Assembly: GCA_003427395.1 (NCBI GenBank) | Contig: BFEA01000010.1 | Span: 5,945,725-6,009,724, forward strand | Direction of reading: 5' to 3' | Origin: Chara braunii | Taxonomy: Eukaryota > Plantae > Charophyceae | DNA: 64,000 nucleotides | Shown: positions 1 to 12,733 of the stretch, one piece after another | Layout of the letters: the number at the start of each line of letters is the position of its first letter | Position numbering within the stretch: the first letter of the stretch is position 1 | Notes under the pieces: generated by a model | Seen by the model: only the letters and a program-made list of their open reading frames with translations | Told to the model about the DNA's origin: nothing | The model's database searches: none | Translations under genes and position numbers: made by a program

Positions 1-1200
1 GAGCCATCTGCCGCAGTGGTCTCCTTCCATTCAAGACCATAATGGGCTGACGATGGTGGCAGACAATCAAAGGTAAGAACATCATCAATGAACCGATATG
101 TAAAAGCATATCGGCGAGCAGCAGAGGGATCCACACGCTGCAGGTTGTCCACGTACTGCGCCTCATCCCAATAGAGTGTAAGGTTGGCAATCTCAGGACC
201 AGCGTTTGTGCCCATAGGGATACCGACATCTTGATGACGAACAAGGCCATCCGCTGTATACAAATACGTATTCGTAACAATAAACCGAAGATGTTGAAGA
301 ATGTCAGAAACAGAAAGAGTGTCAGGTCCCGTATCCGTAGTCTATTCTCCTGCACGGGGTCCACGGACCAGCATACGGAGAGCAACACCCGATGAGCGTG
401 TCTGTGTATGCTGCCGTACCTGTGCAAGAGCGTAGGCATGCGCCTCATCAACGGCATTAGCAACATTGTCAAGAATTCGTTGATGAGGGAGATTAGTATA
501 CATAGTAGTGAAATCAACTGTATGCGGGGCCAGACCTCTAAGAGAGGCTTTATTCTTTTTGAGGTCAAGCATGACCTCGTCACTGCTCTGAACAATCCAA
601 CATCGTCGAATACCTTCGGTTCGAAAGAGTTGACTATCTTTTTCGCGAAGAGTACGGATGACGCCTTGAAGTGCTGCACTCAAACGAGCCGAAGTAGGAG
701 TTGTACTAGCTACCGAATTGTGAGGCGGTCGGTGATGCAAACGCTGGACTCGTTGGGAAGGGTGCAGGTCACTCCGCCGGGCCGTATGGGAAGAGGAAGA
801 AGAAAGATTGTTTCGGGCAGTGATACCTAGAATAGGACGGAGTGTGGGAGGAGATTTATGGGCCTTAAGAACACAATAGAGATACGGCAGTGTGTCAGCA
901 TGAGGATAATTCCAATGATTGTTCCAGACTGCATGGCTATTCAGAATGTCAGCCACTGATTCAGCAGGCTGAGAATACGTAGGACTGTCAAGGTGGCTTG
1001 ACAGTTTGAATCTGTACCAATTTTTACAGCAAATAGCCAAATTATGTGATGTTTTGTCCTCAGGAACAATCGCAAAGGATTCTTGAAGCTGACGCAGGGC
1101 CGTATGCGCGTGCCGCAAAGAGCGAGGTTGTCGCAATGGTGACGCGGTAGTCATATTGCACTCACAGTGACGCAAGACTGCAGCACGCCAATTAGCCAAT
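1..1200 (-). pseudogene. Penelope-like retroelement reverse transcriptase (Naiad/Chlamys-type), one in-frame TAG, runs off the window start
   Basis: ORF 342..1337 has EDKTSHNLAICCK, LYCVLKAHK..RPI, CWIVQSS and VDFTTMYTNLPH. The same frame continues past TAG at 342-344 into GIPMGTNAGPEIANLTLY (~224-171) and YRFIDD (~98-81), which are PLE-type RT motifs. Confidence 0.85.
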
Positions 1201-1464
1201 TGTGCACACACAGAGGAATCACTCCACAACAATCGCGAAGATATTGCCCAGAAAAAGAAAAAGAAAAAAACCACGATGTTGACGAATTTTACAAGATGTT
1301 CCTCGAAACTGGCAACATGATGAGGCGGCTTATCCATTTCTATCCAGTTTTTTTTTTTTTTTTCTATCCAGTTTTTTTTCTTAGTTCTATCCGCTTTTAA
1401 GACTTTTTTTTTTCGGCCATGCTAATCTTTTCTGTATCGTTCCAATTTCAGAACGGATGTCCCG

Positions 1465-1650
1465 CATCAACGGGCCTAGCTTAGTTGGTACACTCAATGA
1501 ACTGTTGAAATACAGACCCAGAGTTTGAATCCAGATGCAATTAGATGAACAAAATCAAACAATCCTGAATTACCTGGGGCCGGTCAGCTCGAAGATGATA
1601 TCTCAAGGCCGTCGCCCTTCTAAAAGTTTTAAAAGAAAAGAAAAAAAAAA
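1465..1650 (+). mobile_element. tRNA-derived SINE with 10-bp TSD
   Basis: Direct repeat GGATGTCCCG at 1455-1464 and 1651-1660; A-box-like TAGCTTAGTTGG, B-box-like GAGTTTGAATCC and an A-rich tail. Confidence 0.8.
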
Positions 1651-1862
1651 GGATGTCCCGAAGGACTTTTATCCATTTTTGTCCACATCAACAGAGACAC
1701 TTCTTGTGTTAGGCAACTGCTGCGATAAGCTGTTCGCACACAGAGCCCTCATGATCTGCTCACCTTTCGAATAAACAAGGAAAGAAAAGAAAAGAAAGAA
1801 AAAAAGGAAAAGAAAAGACAAGAGCTTGCTTGGTAAGGAGAAAGCAGTGGGCACCTGCGCCA

Positions 1863-1935
1863 CGTGGCTGAAGCGAACGGTAGACACACGTTGAATCTGT
1901 CCGTTGACGAAGAGACCATGAGTTCGAATCCTGAC
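1863..1935 (+). mobile_element. Possible second tRNA-like SINE head
   Basis: TGGCTGAAGCGAACGG followed by B-box GAGTTCGAATCC at 1920-1931; no TSD identified. Confidence 0.35.
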
Positions 1936-2454
1936 ACATAGTCAGATCGATACAATCCAAGGTGAGGGGCTTCCTTTCAATCCCGCTTTGAAAAACAGAA
2001 AACAAGGGAGAGGGGAAAGAAACCAGGCAAAAGGGGTTAGGAGGGGGAGGGCGCGGGGGGGCGTATCGATGTTGACTGGGTAGACATCTCACCAGAAAGT
2101 TTGAGGGAGGACAAAGGGCCTGGCCGCACCATTCACCAAATGTGGAAGAGACAAAAATATGGGGGGTGTATATTTCCACGTTCTGGCGTGAGATGTATTC
2201 TCATTTTGCAAATTTTGTGAGTGATGCGGCGCGGTTGAAAGGACACAGATGAAAGGAGGGTGGTTTTTTCTCTTCTTTTTTCTTTGTGTTTCGCTAGAAG
2301 GTGTGACAGTCACACTAAATGGTATCCGAAGCTCGACTACGCAGCACGAGCATTAACAGTCCGATGTATGCCGCATCGGAGTTCGGGGTTGCGGGTTGGG
2401 AGTGGGGGGCTAGGGAAAGAGGAGGAGGAGAAGGTGGGAGCGAGGAGGTGCTAG

Positions 2455-2805
2455 AGACGGTAGGAGAGGGCTGGAGAGGGTAAAGAAGTCAGGTGACGGA
2501 AGGAGACGGAAGGAGACGGAAGGAGACGGAAGGAGACGGTAGGAGAAGGTAGAAAAGGCGGTAGGCGAAGGTAGAAAAGGCGGTAGGCGAAGGTAGAAAA
2601 GACGGTAGGAGAAGGTAGGAGAAGGTAGGAGAAGGTAGGAGAAAGTAGGAGAAAGTAGGAGAAAGTAGGAGAAGGTAGAAAAGACGGTAGGAGAAGGTAG
2701 GAGAAGGTAGGAGAAGGTAGGAGAAGGTAGAAAAGACGGTAGGGGAAGGTAGGAGAAGGTAGAAGACGGTAGAAGGTAAAAGAAGGTAGAAGAAGGTAGG
2801 AGACG
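2455..2805. repeat. Purine-rich 10-bp minisatellite (AGGAGAAGGT / AGGAGACGGA variants)
   Basis: Directly visible tandem decamers; they explain the low-complexity ORFs here. Confidence 0.9.
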
Positions 2806-3797
2806 GATGCAGGAGGTGACTGAACAGGAGAATGAGAAGAGGGACAAGCAGTAGGAGCTGACAAGAGACGACAGGTGGCGTGAAAAGGCCTGTTGATGAG
2901 AGGAGGCAGATCATGAAAAGAGGGGGGGGGAAAGAGGAGGACGAGGACGAGGATGAGGAGGAGAGAGTGAGAATCGTAGGCTAAGAGAGGAGGAGGAGGA
3001 GGATCTAGAGTAAGGGCAAGAATAACAGAGATAAGGACGAGGGGGGGGAGGAAGAGGGAAAGGAGGTGCATTTTGTAACGTTCGAAGGGAAAGGAGGCCG
3101 GAGAAAAGAACAGGACAGTTGCAAGAGCTGAAGCATGATAACTAAACGAAAGAAAAGAGAGAAAGGTCCAAGGAGGAGGAGGAGGAGGAGGAGGAGGACG
3201 ACGACGAGGACGAGGACGGAGGTGGTAGGGGAGAGGTACTAGAAGAAGCCAAAGTCGACAAAGAAGACCACGACGACAGGGAGTAAGAGAACCCCAGGGG
3301 GGAAAAAAAGACGACGAGCGAAAGATGTGATCAAGAACAACAGAAATTGCGTGAATACCGCGATTTTCACTTTCCTCTCACAATCCTGACTCTTATTAAA
3401 TACCTTATCCATATTAACTACCTCTATCTATAACGGCTTTACGAGCTGCGAAGGGGCGCAAGGAAGGAAAAGGTTATCCGTCCGCTCAGCCCGCTCACCC
3501 CGATGCCAACGAAAACGGGACAGAGGGTGCAAGTCTCAATCAATCAATAATTCAATCGATCAACAGGTCCACGTCTCCCCTCTTCTGATGACTGGGCGTC
3601 ACTCCCACCCTCGATGATGACTGGGCAAGTTCAATCAAGAAATCATAAATAACCACTGACTGTACGTGCATGCATGCATGAGAAATTTAAGTATAACCCG
3701 GATCCAAAAAAAAAAGAAAATAGAAAGGTCTACTGACTTTATTGATAGTTTTCTGAATTTCCATAACTTAACAATGATATTCTGATAAACAATCGCA

Positions 3798-3853
<56 letters not shown>

Positions 3854-3904
3854 GAGGGATGGATGATATGTGGACGATAAGCGGCGACTCCCGAGTCCCA
3901 TCAT

Positions 3905-4105
3905 CAGGGTTCCAAGCGTTCTAGCCGCATAAGCGCGTTCTATTCGGGAATAGAGACGCGTTCTACCCGCGTGGCGTGCGTTCTATTCGGAAATAGAGAA
4001 ACAGTCTACCCACACAGGGGCGTTCTTTTTTTCTTTTTTCTCACACGAGCGCGTTCAATTCGGAAATAAAGAAGCGTTCTGCCCGCGTAACCCTGCGTTC
4101 TATTT
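3905..4105. repeat. Clustered GCGTTCTA / TCTATTCGG(G/A)AATAGA repeats, possibly a DNA-transposon end
   Basis: About seven GCGTTC(T)A copies and near-palindromic TCTATTCGGGAATAGA units follow CAGGGTTCC; no partner TIR found. Confidence 0.4.
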
Positions 4106-4559
4106 GGGGGACCAAGGCTACACCAGAAGCTGCTTCTCGTCAGAACTGGGTCATGGGGAGGGAGCAGGGGAGACTCCAGATCTCGACAGATGTACGGCTC
4201 CAGCCTCATCCTCCTGGTTCTTTGTTTTCTCCTTTTCTTCTTTCCTTTTTTTGTGGTTCCTCCCTTTTTTCGGTGGCCTACAACCTCAAAACTTTTTTTT
4301 TTCCATCTCCTCTATTTCTACACAATGTCCAGAACAACCTCGACAGATGCCGGTTCTCTGTCCGTTTCTCTGAGCAGACAACCATTACTTATGTCTGACC
4401 ATTACAGACCCCTGTTTGCAAAAATGAAAAATCGTCCTTCGGGACATTTATCTGTTAAAATCGGAACGATACTGAAAAAAGAGGTTAGCATGGCCCCTGC
4501 GCAATCAAGGATGACACGCATAAAAATGAAAAATCACCCAACCCATGCGGCTGGTGAAT

Positions 4560-4710
4560 AGTGCACCCATCAGCTGTTGACAAAGAAAACAGACCGAAGT
4601 CGGAATCCCGATGTTATCTCGTCAGATTAATGGAAAAAAATAACTCCGAATTGCCTGGGACCGGCCACTTCCATCATGATACCTCAGGCCCGTCGTCCTT
4701 GAGAAGGGGA
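4560..4710 (+). mobile_element. Degenerate relative of the 1465-1650 SINE
   Basis: AATTGCCTGGGACCGG...ATGATACCTCAGGCCCGTCGTCCTT aligns with AATTACCTGGGGCCGG...ATGATATCTCAAGGCCGTCGCCCTT of the SINE body. Confidence 0.55.
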
Positions 4711-6787
4711 AGGGGAAAGAGAGGAGGGGGGGGGGGGAGGAAGGGGAAAGAGGAATGTATGAATGGAGAGGAAGGGGAAGGAGGAATGTATGAATGGATG
4801 GGTGGATGGAGGGAGGCGGGGAGGGAGGGGGGGGGGGGGGGGGGGGGGGGGGGAGAACGAAGACCGGTTAAGTAGTAAACTTAATCGTCCCGCAGACCAG
4901 GCCGAGTAGCAACATGAGGATAAGGTTAAAATTAATAAAAAAAAAAAAAAGAACGAGCTGCCGATTGGTTGGCTGCCGTACAGATCGTTGATTGGCTCGG
5001 AATTGAGTTTGACCTGCCCAAAAAAAAAAAACACAGGTGTACGGAGTGCTGGCTTTAGCTACCGGTCATGCAGATCGATGATCTCGACGGCTGACAATCA
5101 ACGCTTGACCCTGCTGCGACCGGGCTTGTACTGCTGCGACCGGTAGCCCGTAGACAAAGCGGGCACTCAAGACAGGACAGTGTTTGTCATCATGACGTGA
5201 ACGTGCGATTGAGGGCATATTGACACAGGTAGGATTTTTTCTTCGACAAATTGTGGACGTGATTGCTGTCAGATACGTCCAGTACGGGCGTAGTTGCTGT
5301 CAAAAACATCTAGGAAAGTGCTGGGGTGGGTATTGATCTAGACGGTCTATGACTGACTGCATGCGACGTAAGAACTGGGCTCCGTTTCTTACCCCGAACT
5401 TCCCCGAAGAAAATTTCCAGGGTTTATCGTAGTGCGACCGTATCTTCCCAGGAAATTGCATCAAGTACGGCTATAGTTTTTGCTGTAGTATTCTCTCCCG
5501 CGTCAGTCAGCCGTGGGACCTCCTCCTCTCGCCGGCTTGGGCCTTCCCTTTCGTCTCTTCGAAAATGCAGGTGAAGAAGTGGTAATACCAAATTTAAGAA
5601 CAAAACAAAATATGCATAGTACATATATACATATGCGCAGGAGGTTCTCGGATTCCTACTACCAGGCTAACAAAAGCAAAAACCGAGAGCGCGCGCGAGA
5701 GACAGAGACAGAGACACAGACAGAGACAGAGACAGAGAGAGACAGAGACGGAGACGGAGACAGAGACAGAGAGAAGGGCAGGAGAGGGGAGAAGGACAGG
5801 CGAGTTTTGAGAAAAGGGACCTGGGGACAGTCTTCGGGACAAGGGACATGGAAGCTGGGGAGGGTCCCTGAGCAAGGGGCGGCTCCTGCGAACGTTCACA
5901 ACAGGATCTGCCGATTGCATCTCAAAGCAGAGAGTCCTGCTGTACAGGGTCCCTGAGCAAGAAGCTTCGGGGACGTTCACACGAGGTTTCTTTCGCAACG
6001 AGAAGCACAACCGGCAGGGCTGGAGGCAGAACACACGACAAACAAGAAAGATCTGCAGCTCATGCACAGGGACAGGCAACAAAAAAAAAAACAAGAAAAC
6101 ACGAGCTTGACAACGAACGGGGGAGTAAACGCTTAGACAAGGAGGGAAGGAGAGGAGACCGTCTTCTGGGAGCGACAAAGACTACCTGCCAAAAAAGAAG
6201 AAGAGGAGATGTTCTCAAAGGCTCAGGAAGGAGTCCACTATAATATAATGCCAGAAATCTAAGATCAATTTCTGACAAGTTGCTCATAGAGTTTAGATGG
6301 TTGCACTTACTGCCTAAAGAGAACCCAAAGGCAAACATGAAAAGAACTGCGGGAAAATCAATCTTGGCTTCGGGATTGGTTTCGGAGCTCCCATAGTAGT
6401 CTCCTGTGGACTCTCGGTCAACCACAATGAAGGGGAGCAAAGTAAAGTATCTGGGTTCCAAATTCTCGTTTGCAGATGCGACCATGAAATAGAACGTTTG
6501 GAGGCCATCAAGGCTGACTCTCAAATTCGCTTTATGATAGACAAACAGGGCCATGCATTTTAAAAATAACAATTTGTATAGAGTCTTCTTTCGAAAACAA
6601 GTATACCAACCTATACTCAAAAACTCTTTCCAAAACGAAGTTAAAATACACAAAATCATTCAACTTATGAAGAAGAGGAGAGAGAATGAACAGCATATCC
6701 CTGTAAATGTGTGTGCCTGTGTGTGTGTGCGAGAGAGAGAGAGGGAAAGAGAGGAGTTTGCTACCCGTTAGTGCCCTCACCCCCGGC

Positions 6788-6848
<61 letters not shown>

Positions 6849-9410
6849 NNNNNNNNNNNNNNNNNNNNNNNNNNNNNNNNNNNNNNNNNNNNNNNNNNNN
6901 NNNNNNNNNNNNNNNNNNNNNNNNNNNNNNNNNNNNNNNNNNNNNNNNNNNNNNNNNNNNNNNNNNNNNNNNNNNNNNNNNNNNNNNNNNNNNNNNNNNN
7001 NNNNNNNNNNNNNNNNNNNNNNNNNNNNNNNNNNNNNNNNNNNNNNNNNNNNNNNNNNNNNNNNNNNNNNNNNNNNNNNNNNNNNNNNNNNNNNNNNNNN
7101 NNNNNNNNNNNNNNNNNNNNNNNNNNNNNNNNNNNNNNNNNNNNNNNNNNNNNNNNNNNNNNNNNNNNNNNNNNNNNNNNNNNNNNNNNNNNNNNNNNNN
7201 NNNNNNNNNNNNNNNNNNNNNNNNNNNNNNNNNNNNNNNNNNNNNNNNNNNNNNNNNNNNNNNNNNNNNNNNNNNNNNNNNNNNNNNNNNNNNNNNNNNN
7301 NNNNNNNNNNNNNNNNNNNNNNNNNNNNNNNNNNNNNNNNNNNNNNNNNNNNNNNNNNNNNNNNNNNNNNNNNNNNNNNNNNNNNNNNNNNNNNNNNNNN
7401 NNNNNNNNNNNNNNNNNNNNNNNNNNNNNNNNNNNNNNNNNNNNNNNNNNNNNNNNNNNNNNNNNNNNNNNNNNNNNNNNNNNNNNNNNNNNNNNNNNNN
7501 NNNNNNNNNNNNNNNNNNNNNNNNNNNNNNNNNNNNNNNNNNNNNNNNNNNNNNNNNNNNNNNNNNNNNNNNNNNNNNNNNNNNNNNNNNNNNNNNNNNN
7601 NNNNNNNNNNNNNNNNNNGGGGGAGGCGGAGGCGGAGGGGGAGGGGGAGGGGGACTGGGAGGGGGAGGAGACAAGAAAACGGGGAGGAGATGCCCGGGAC
7701 TGAGCCTGCCTCACTGTACACATGCAGAACTTAGATAGCTGATTGATGCTGATAATGGGCTTCGCTCCACTAATCTTGAAATGTGCAAAATGAGAATGAA
7801 TCTTCCGCTAGAACTTCGAAAGATACACCGCTATGTTTCTCGTCTTTTGTGCATGTCAAGACTAGCAGAGCGATGTCCAATGTGAGTTCAGTCTGGCGCC
7901 CATGAGTGCGAACCCGGTGAAGACACGAAATGGCATACACGGAAGGAACCTAAGAGGAGGAAATGCGAGCGAGAGAATGTGGAAGCATAGGGGTGAATGG
8001 AGGGGGAAGGGGAAGGGGAGGGGAAAGGGGGAGGGGGGTAAGGTAGGGGCGAGGTTGGGGTGAGGTCGGGTAGGGTACACGGGAGAGAAACGTCGACGCA
8101 CGTGATGGGGCCTCGCTCTATGACAAAAAAATTCGTGTCTCGTGAGTGCTTCTAGAGCTGTCAGACACCTAACACTCTCGGAGAAAGAAGCCTCGCTCCA
8201 CTTAGGGTAGGACCCCACAGGACCGCGGCAAACGGTTTCGGAAGTTCTGAGCCAACTTCCGAGACCCCACAGACGGATTTTGGCGTCGCGGAAGTCGTCG
8301 ACTCGGTCCGCGGCCCCCTCACTCCTACGTGGCCCTGAATTCCCGTTTTCCAAAACGGGGTCCTGGGTGCGTACTCCGGGTTCGGACGGAAGTCGGGCAC
8401 CTGCAAAGCGGACATGTACCGGTCCAGTGTTCGGTCCAGCGGGCCTCAGGCCGGACAAGGGTTGTTGTCGCACGGTGACCGTTGGGCCCTGGACCGTGGC
8501 ACCGTCTGGGGTGGGGAGGGCCTCGTAAATATGGGTTTTGAAATTTTCCCGCGTTCCAACGGCCCTGCGATTTCGAATTTCGGTCGCCCGCCTCCGTATC
8601 GCCACAACAAGCACGTAGGCCGGCTGCATGCAGAAGCCGCTGTCCTTCGTCCGGTGTTGGCATGCAGAGTGCATGGAATGGCAGTCTCTGTGGCCATGTA
8701 CGGATCGTTCGCGAAAGCTGCACGCACGTCCTGGGGGGGTCGGCTGCTTCGTCTTCCGAATCCAACGACCGCTCTCCATCAAGCGAAGCGTTGTGTCGGA
8801 AACGCGGCATGGCAGACACGTTCACGCGTGCCTCAGCCGCAGAGTGTTTTCAGCCGGAGCGCGGCCAGACTATGCGAGAAGGTGCTGCCTTTCATCCCGT
8901 CATCACTGGTGGGCCGGCCTAAGGAAATCGTCGGCGACGTTGTGCACGCGGGGTCCGGGCGTTGGGACGAAGGATTCGTTTCGGCAGTTCCGAGCGGGCG
9001 GGGAGGTCACGGGTGCCAGGTTCGTCGGCCGTCGTTGTCTGCTGTTGACATGTGCACATCCCGTGTGACGGAGCGTCTGCCAGTTGTCGTGAGAAAACGT
9101 GAAGGCGTGGCTTGCAACTCATTGCCACATCGTGAGCTGCGTCCACACGTCTGCCCGTGTTGCTGTTGTGGATGTCGTCGTCCCATATTCGTTGTCGTTG
9201 AAAGTTCGGCCGACTGCGACGGTTGCAAGGCGGGTGTAGTTCGGCCCGTGATGTCCGTCGTTTTCGTTCTGATGTTGGGTGTTCTCGTGTTGTTTTTTGC
9301 AAGCGTTGTTGTGTTCACGTTCATAGGTCTTGGCGCTTTGTACTTTCTGATGCGTTGGTGAGGCACATGCAGAGGCAGATGGGTGGACGTATTACAAGGT
9401 GGACACATAA

Positions 9411-9482
<72 letters not shown>
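9411..9482. repeat. (AGAT)n microsatellite
   Basis: Directly visible. Confidence 0.95.
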
Positions 9483-9536
9483 CCATATAGACAGGTTTGT
9501 GGAGTGATCTGTGTGGGGAGGTTGCAGGATAGGGAG

Positions 9537-11066
9537 ATGGAGGGCAGTGATGACATCAGTTGTCGTCCATGGTCACAGGACCGTATGAGCACAGTCGATC
9601 CTCGTAGGAGGGCCGGTGTGGAGAGAGAGAACACGGGGCGATTCGAGAGTCAGCTAGCCGGGGGTTTGTCACCGTCCCCTTCGGACATGAACAACATGCG
9701 GCCAGCGAATTCATACCCAGGGTATTATCGCCCACCCCCGGTTTGGAATCATGATCCAACGGAGCTTGGGCGATCGGCTTCTATGAGATACTCACCAGTT
9801 CCTCCATCGTTGTTGTCGGCTACAGTTGCGAGTTTGGCACGGGGGGTTGGGCAGTCGACAGGAATGCATCCGCCAATGGCCGGGGAGGCGGCGTTTTAAG
9901 ATCAGCGCAACGACTGCCGAGGCTATGGAATGGCCGGTCAGTTCGAACTCCCGTGTTTCGACGACGGAGGAAGGCCACCGTCGAATGCAGCTCCATACAT
10001 GCCTCCGGACACGCCTCCCTTGAACGGCTTCCGACCGCCCGCGGAGGGGTACCCATTCCCGGCAATGTCCGAGCATCCGGTGACCATGTTTTGCGATGCC
10101 CGGATAACGAACCCGTAAGCACTCTGCAGTGTGGCCAGGGCACACAACACCCCATTGACGCAGAGCCTCCTGCAACCTCCACTCCTTCAAGTACCGGTGC
10201 TCGGCCGATCGGGCGAAAGCCACGTCAAGGCCGGCAACCTGCACCTCGGTCCCCGGCCGGCGATGGTGATACCGAGGACAACGGTGAAGGAGGGAAGCAA
10301 AAGAAAAAGCCGTGGTCTTTGGAGGAGCGGCTGGCACTGGCAAAATACATGCGAGAGGATGACGCAATGATGGCGGTCGTCCAACCGAGACAAAAACACC
10401 AGCGGCGATCGGTGAGGAATGATTGGGTGGCGAGGCGAATCAAGGAGGATGGGTATCACCGATCGGCAGAGGACGAGCGGAAGAAATGGGCTGACCTGCA
10501 AAACAAGTACAGGGAGATCCACGACAAGTGCGGGGGGTCTGGGAAGCCGTCATTCTAGGACATGCCGGCCGAGGACAAGAAGAGGGAGGGCTTGACATTC
10601 CTTGTGGGACGAGATGGCGTGGGTGCAGGGGAAGAGGTCAACCATGTGCGACAACACGATGGAGTCCTCCCCGTTGCCTGGTGCACATAGTGGGGGTTCG
10701 GATAACGGAACCTCCCCGAGCACCCCACAGGAAGATTTTGAAAGCAGCAGGAAGTCCCGCCGGACTGAGAGAGGGAAAGCCTCGGCGGAGGAAGGGTGCA
10801 ACTCTTCGAGATCCAGTTCACGGTTTTCCATGGAGGAGTCGACACGCACTCTATGCGCAGATCTCGGGGATGCGGCGGGGACTCTTGCTCGGGCGAATGC
10901 GGAAGGTGCACAACAAACGGCCACTCAAATCGGTACGGTAGTCAGTGCAATGAAGGACGGTAACGTTGTGCTGCAGCTTCTGGTCGAGGTGATGGCGAGG
11001 CGTGTGGGGGGAGGAGGTGGACGACGTGAGGAGGGGGGCGACGACATGAATCCGTCAAGCAAGTGA
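9537..11066 (+). pseudogene. Harbinger ORF1-type Myb/SANT (trihelix-like) DNA-binding protein, disrupted by stops and frameshifts
   Basis: KKKPWSLEERLALAKYMRE...NDWVARRIKEDGYHRSAEDERKKWADLQNKYREIHD shows the W..E...L / W...A / KW..L...Y pattern; pieces lie in ORFs 9504, 9930, 9953 and 10602. Confidence 0.82.
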
Positions 11067-11161
11067 GGGAATGGTAACCAATTCGATCTTCATGGCCGCA
11101 TTCGAATGCGGCGGGGACTCTCGCAATGACGAATTTGTGTGTGTGTGTGTGGTGTGTGTGT

Positions 11162-11241
<80 letters not shown>

Positions 11242-12013
11242 ACACACACACAGATTCGGGAGCGGCGGTTTGTTGACTACCTATGTGCACTTTGAGCGGT
11301 GCTTTTCGCAGTACGGCGCTTGCAGTCAGGGTTCGATGGGACCCTTTTTCGAACGCTTCATTGTTCGATATCGGCGGGTGCAGGAGNNNNNNNNNNNNNN
11401 NNNNNNNNNNNNNNNNNNNNNNNNNNNNNNNNNNNNNNNNNNNNNNNNNNNNNNNNNNNNNNNNNNNNNNNNNNNNNNNNNNNNNNNNNNNNNNNNNNNN
11501 NNNNNNNNNNNNNNNNNNNNNNNNNNNNNNNNNNNNNNNNNNNNNNNNNNNNNNNNNNNNNNNNNNNNNNNNNNNNNNNNNNNNNNNNNNNNNNNNNNNN
11601 NNNNNNNNNNNNNNNNNNNNNNNNNNNNNNNNNNNNNNNNNNNNNNNNNNNNNNNNNNNNNNNNNNNNNNNNNNNNNNNNNNNNNNNNNNNNNNNNNNNN
11701 NNNNNNNNNNNNNNNNNNNNNNNNNNNNNNNNNNNNNNNNNNNNNNNNNNNNNNNNNNNNNNNNNNNNNNNNNNNNNNNNNNNNNNNNNNNNNNNNNNNN
11801 NNNNNNNNNNNNNNNNNNNNNNNNNNNNNNNNNNNNNNNNNNNNNNNNNNNNNNNNNNNNNNNNNNNNNNNNNNNNNNNNNNNNNNNNNNNNNNNNNNNN
11901 NNNNNNNNNNNNNNNNNNNNNNNNNNNNNNNNNNNNNNNNNNNNNNNNNGTGAAGGTGGGGGGAGGCGGTGGAGAGGACGACGGGGGGTGAGAGGCAGCG
12001 ACAGTGTACGAAT

Positions 12014-12078
<65 letters not shown>

Positions 12079-12142
12079 AGAGAGAGAGAGAAAGAGAGAG
12101 AGAGTACGGACCGGGAGAGAGAGAGCAGACGGGAAGGTCGTC

Positions 12143-12607
12143 ATGAGTACTGCCGTTGTCGTCTCGGAGACGATTTCCGAGCGCCACGTGGATATCGTCC
12201 ACTTGCGCGAGATGTGCGGCAGGGCACACAACCGTCAGATGGAGTTCTGCAAGGAGGTGGCTGGTCACACAGTCAGGTACTACGAAGTGCGCGTGGACGG
12301 GATGCACGCGATGGACATTACGGCGGGGATGGGATGCGATGCTGCCAGTCGCCTGACTCACGTGCTTCTTTTCGCCACGAAGTGGAACCCCATCATTCTG
12401 GACAAATGGGATGGCAAATATCGTGATGTCGTTGGTGACATCATCAGATACCTCATCAACGCCATGGCGGAGGAGTTCGCGGAGCGGCTGGATGACTCCC
12501 CCTTCTACCAGTGCGAACTCGACCCGCCGTTGGAGGGGAGGGGCTATCTTCACGGTCCTGTGCAGAGCTGGATGCCGGAGGAGGACCTGCATGTTCGGAA
12601 GTGGTGA
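12143..12607 (+). CDS. Third, unassigned ORF inside the Harbinger element (probably the 3' part of a larger gene partly in the gap)
   Basis: 154 uninterrupted GC3-rich codons of globular-looking sequence (AHNRQMEFCKEV...KWDGKYRDVVGDIIRYL...LDDSPFYQC), flanked by (GA)n tracts. Confidence 0.5.
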   Translation: MSTAVVVSETISERHVDIVHLREMCGRAHNRQMEFCKEVAGHTVRYYEVRVDGMHAMDITAGMGCDAASRLTHVLLFATKWNPIILDKWDGKYRDVVGDIIRYLINAMAEEFAERLDDSPFYQCELDPPLEGRGYLHGPVQSWMPEEDLHVRKW

Positions 12608-12663
12608 TGTGACCTTTTTCATGTCATCCGCTGTGGAAGGATATTGTCAACCACCGAGGGCAG

Positions 12664-12733
<70 letters not shown>

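Noticed and set aside
3585-3910. Hammerhead-like CTGATGA followed by a stem (3585 on +, 3901-3907 on -) near a Penelope element
   Set aside because: Neither is followed by the required GAAA core and stem III/NUH.
6532-7738. Long ORFs spanning N runs and microsatellites (also 11090-12622, 13722-14995, 56864-57666)
   Set aside because: Artefacts of gaps and dinucleotide repeats.
7862-9361. Long ORFs 7862..8782 (-) and 8414..9361 (+)
   Set aside because: GC-rich subterminal transposon DNA with no motifs; one ORF crosses the TIR boundary.
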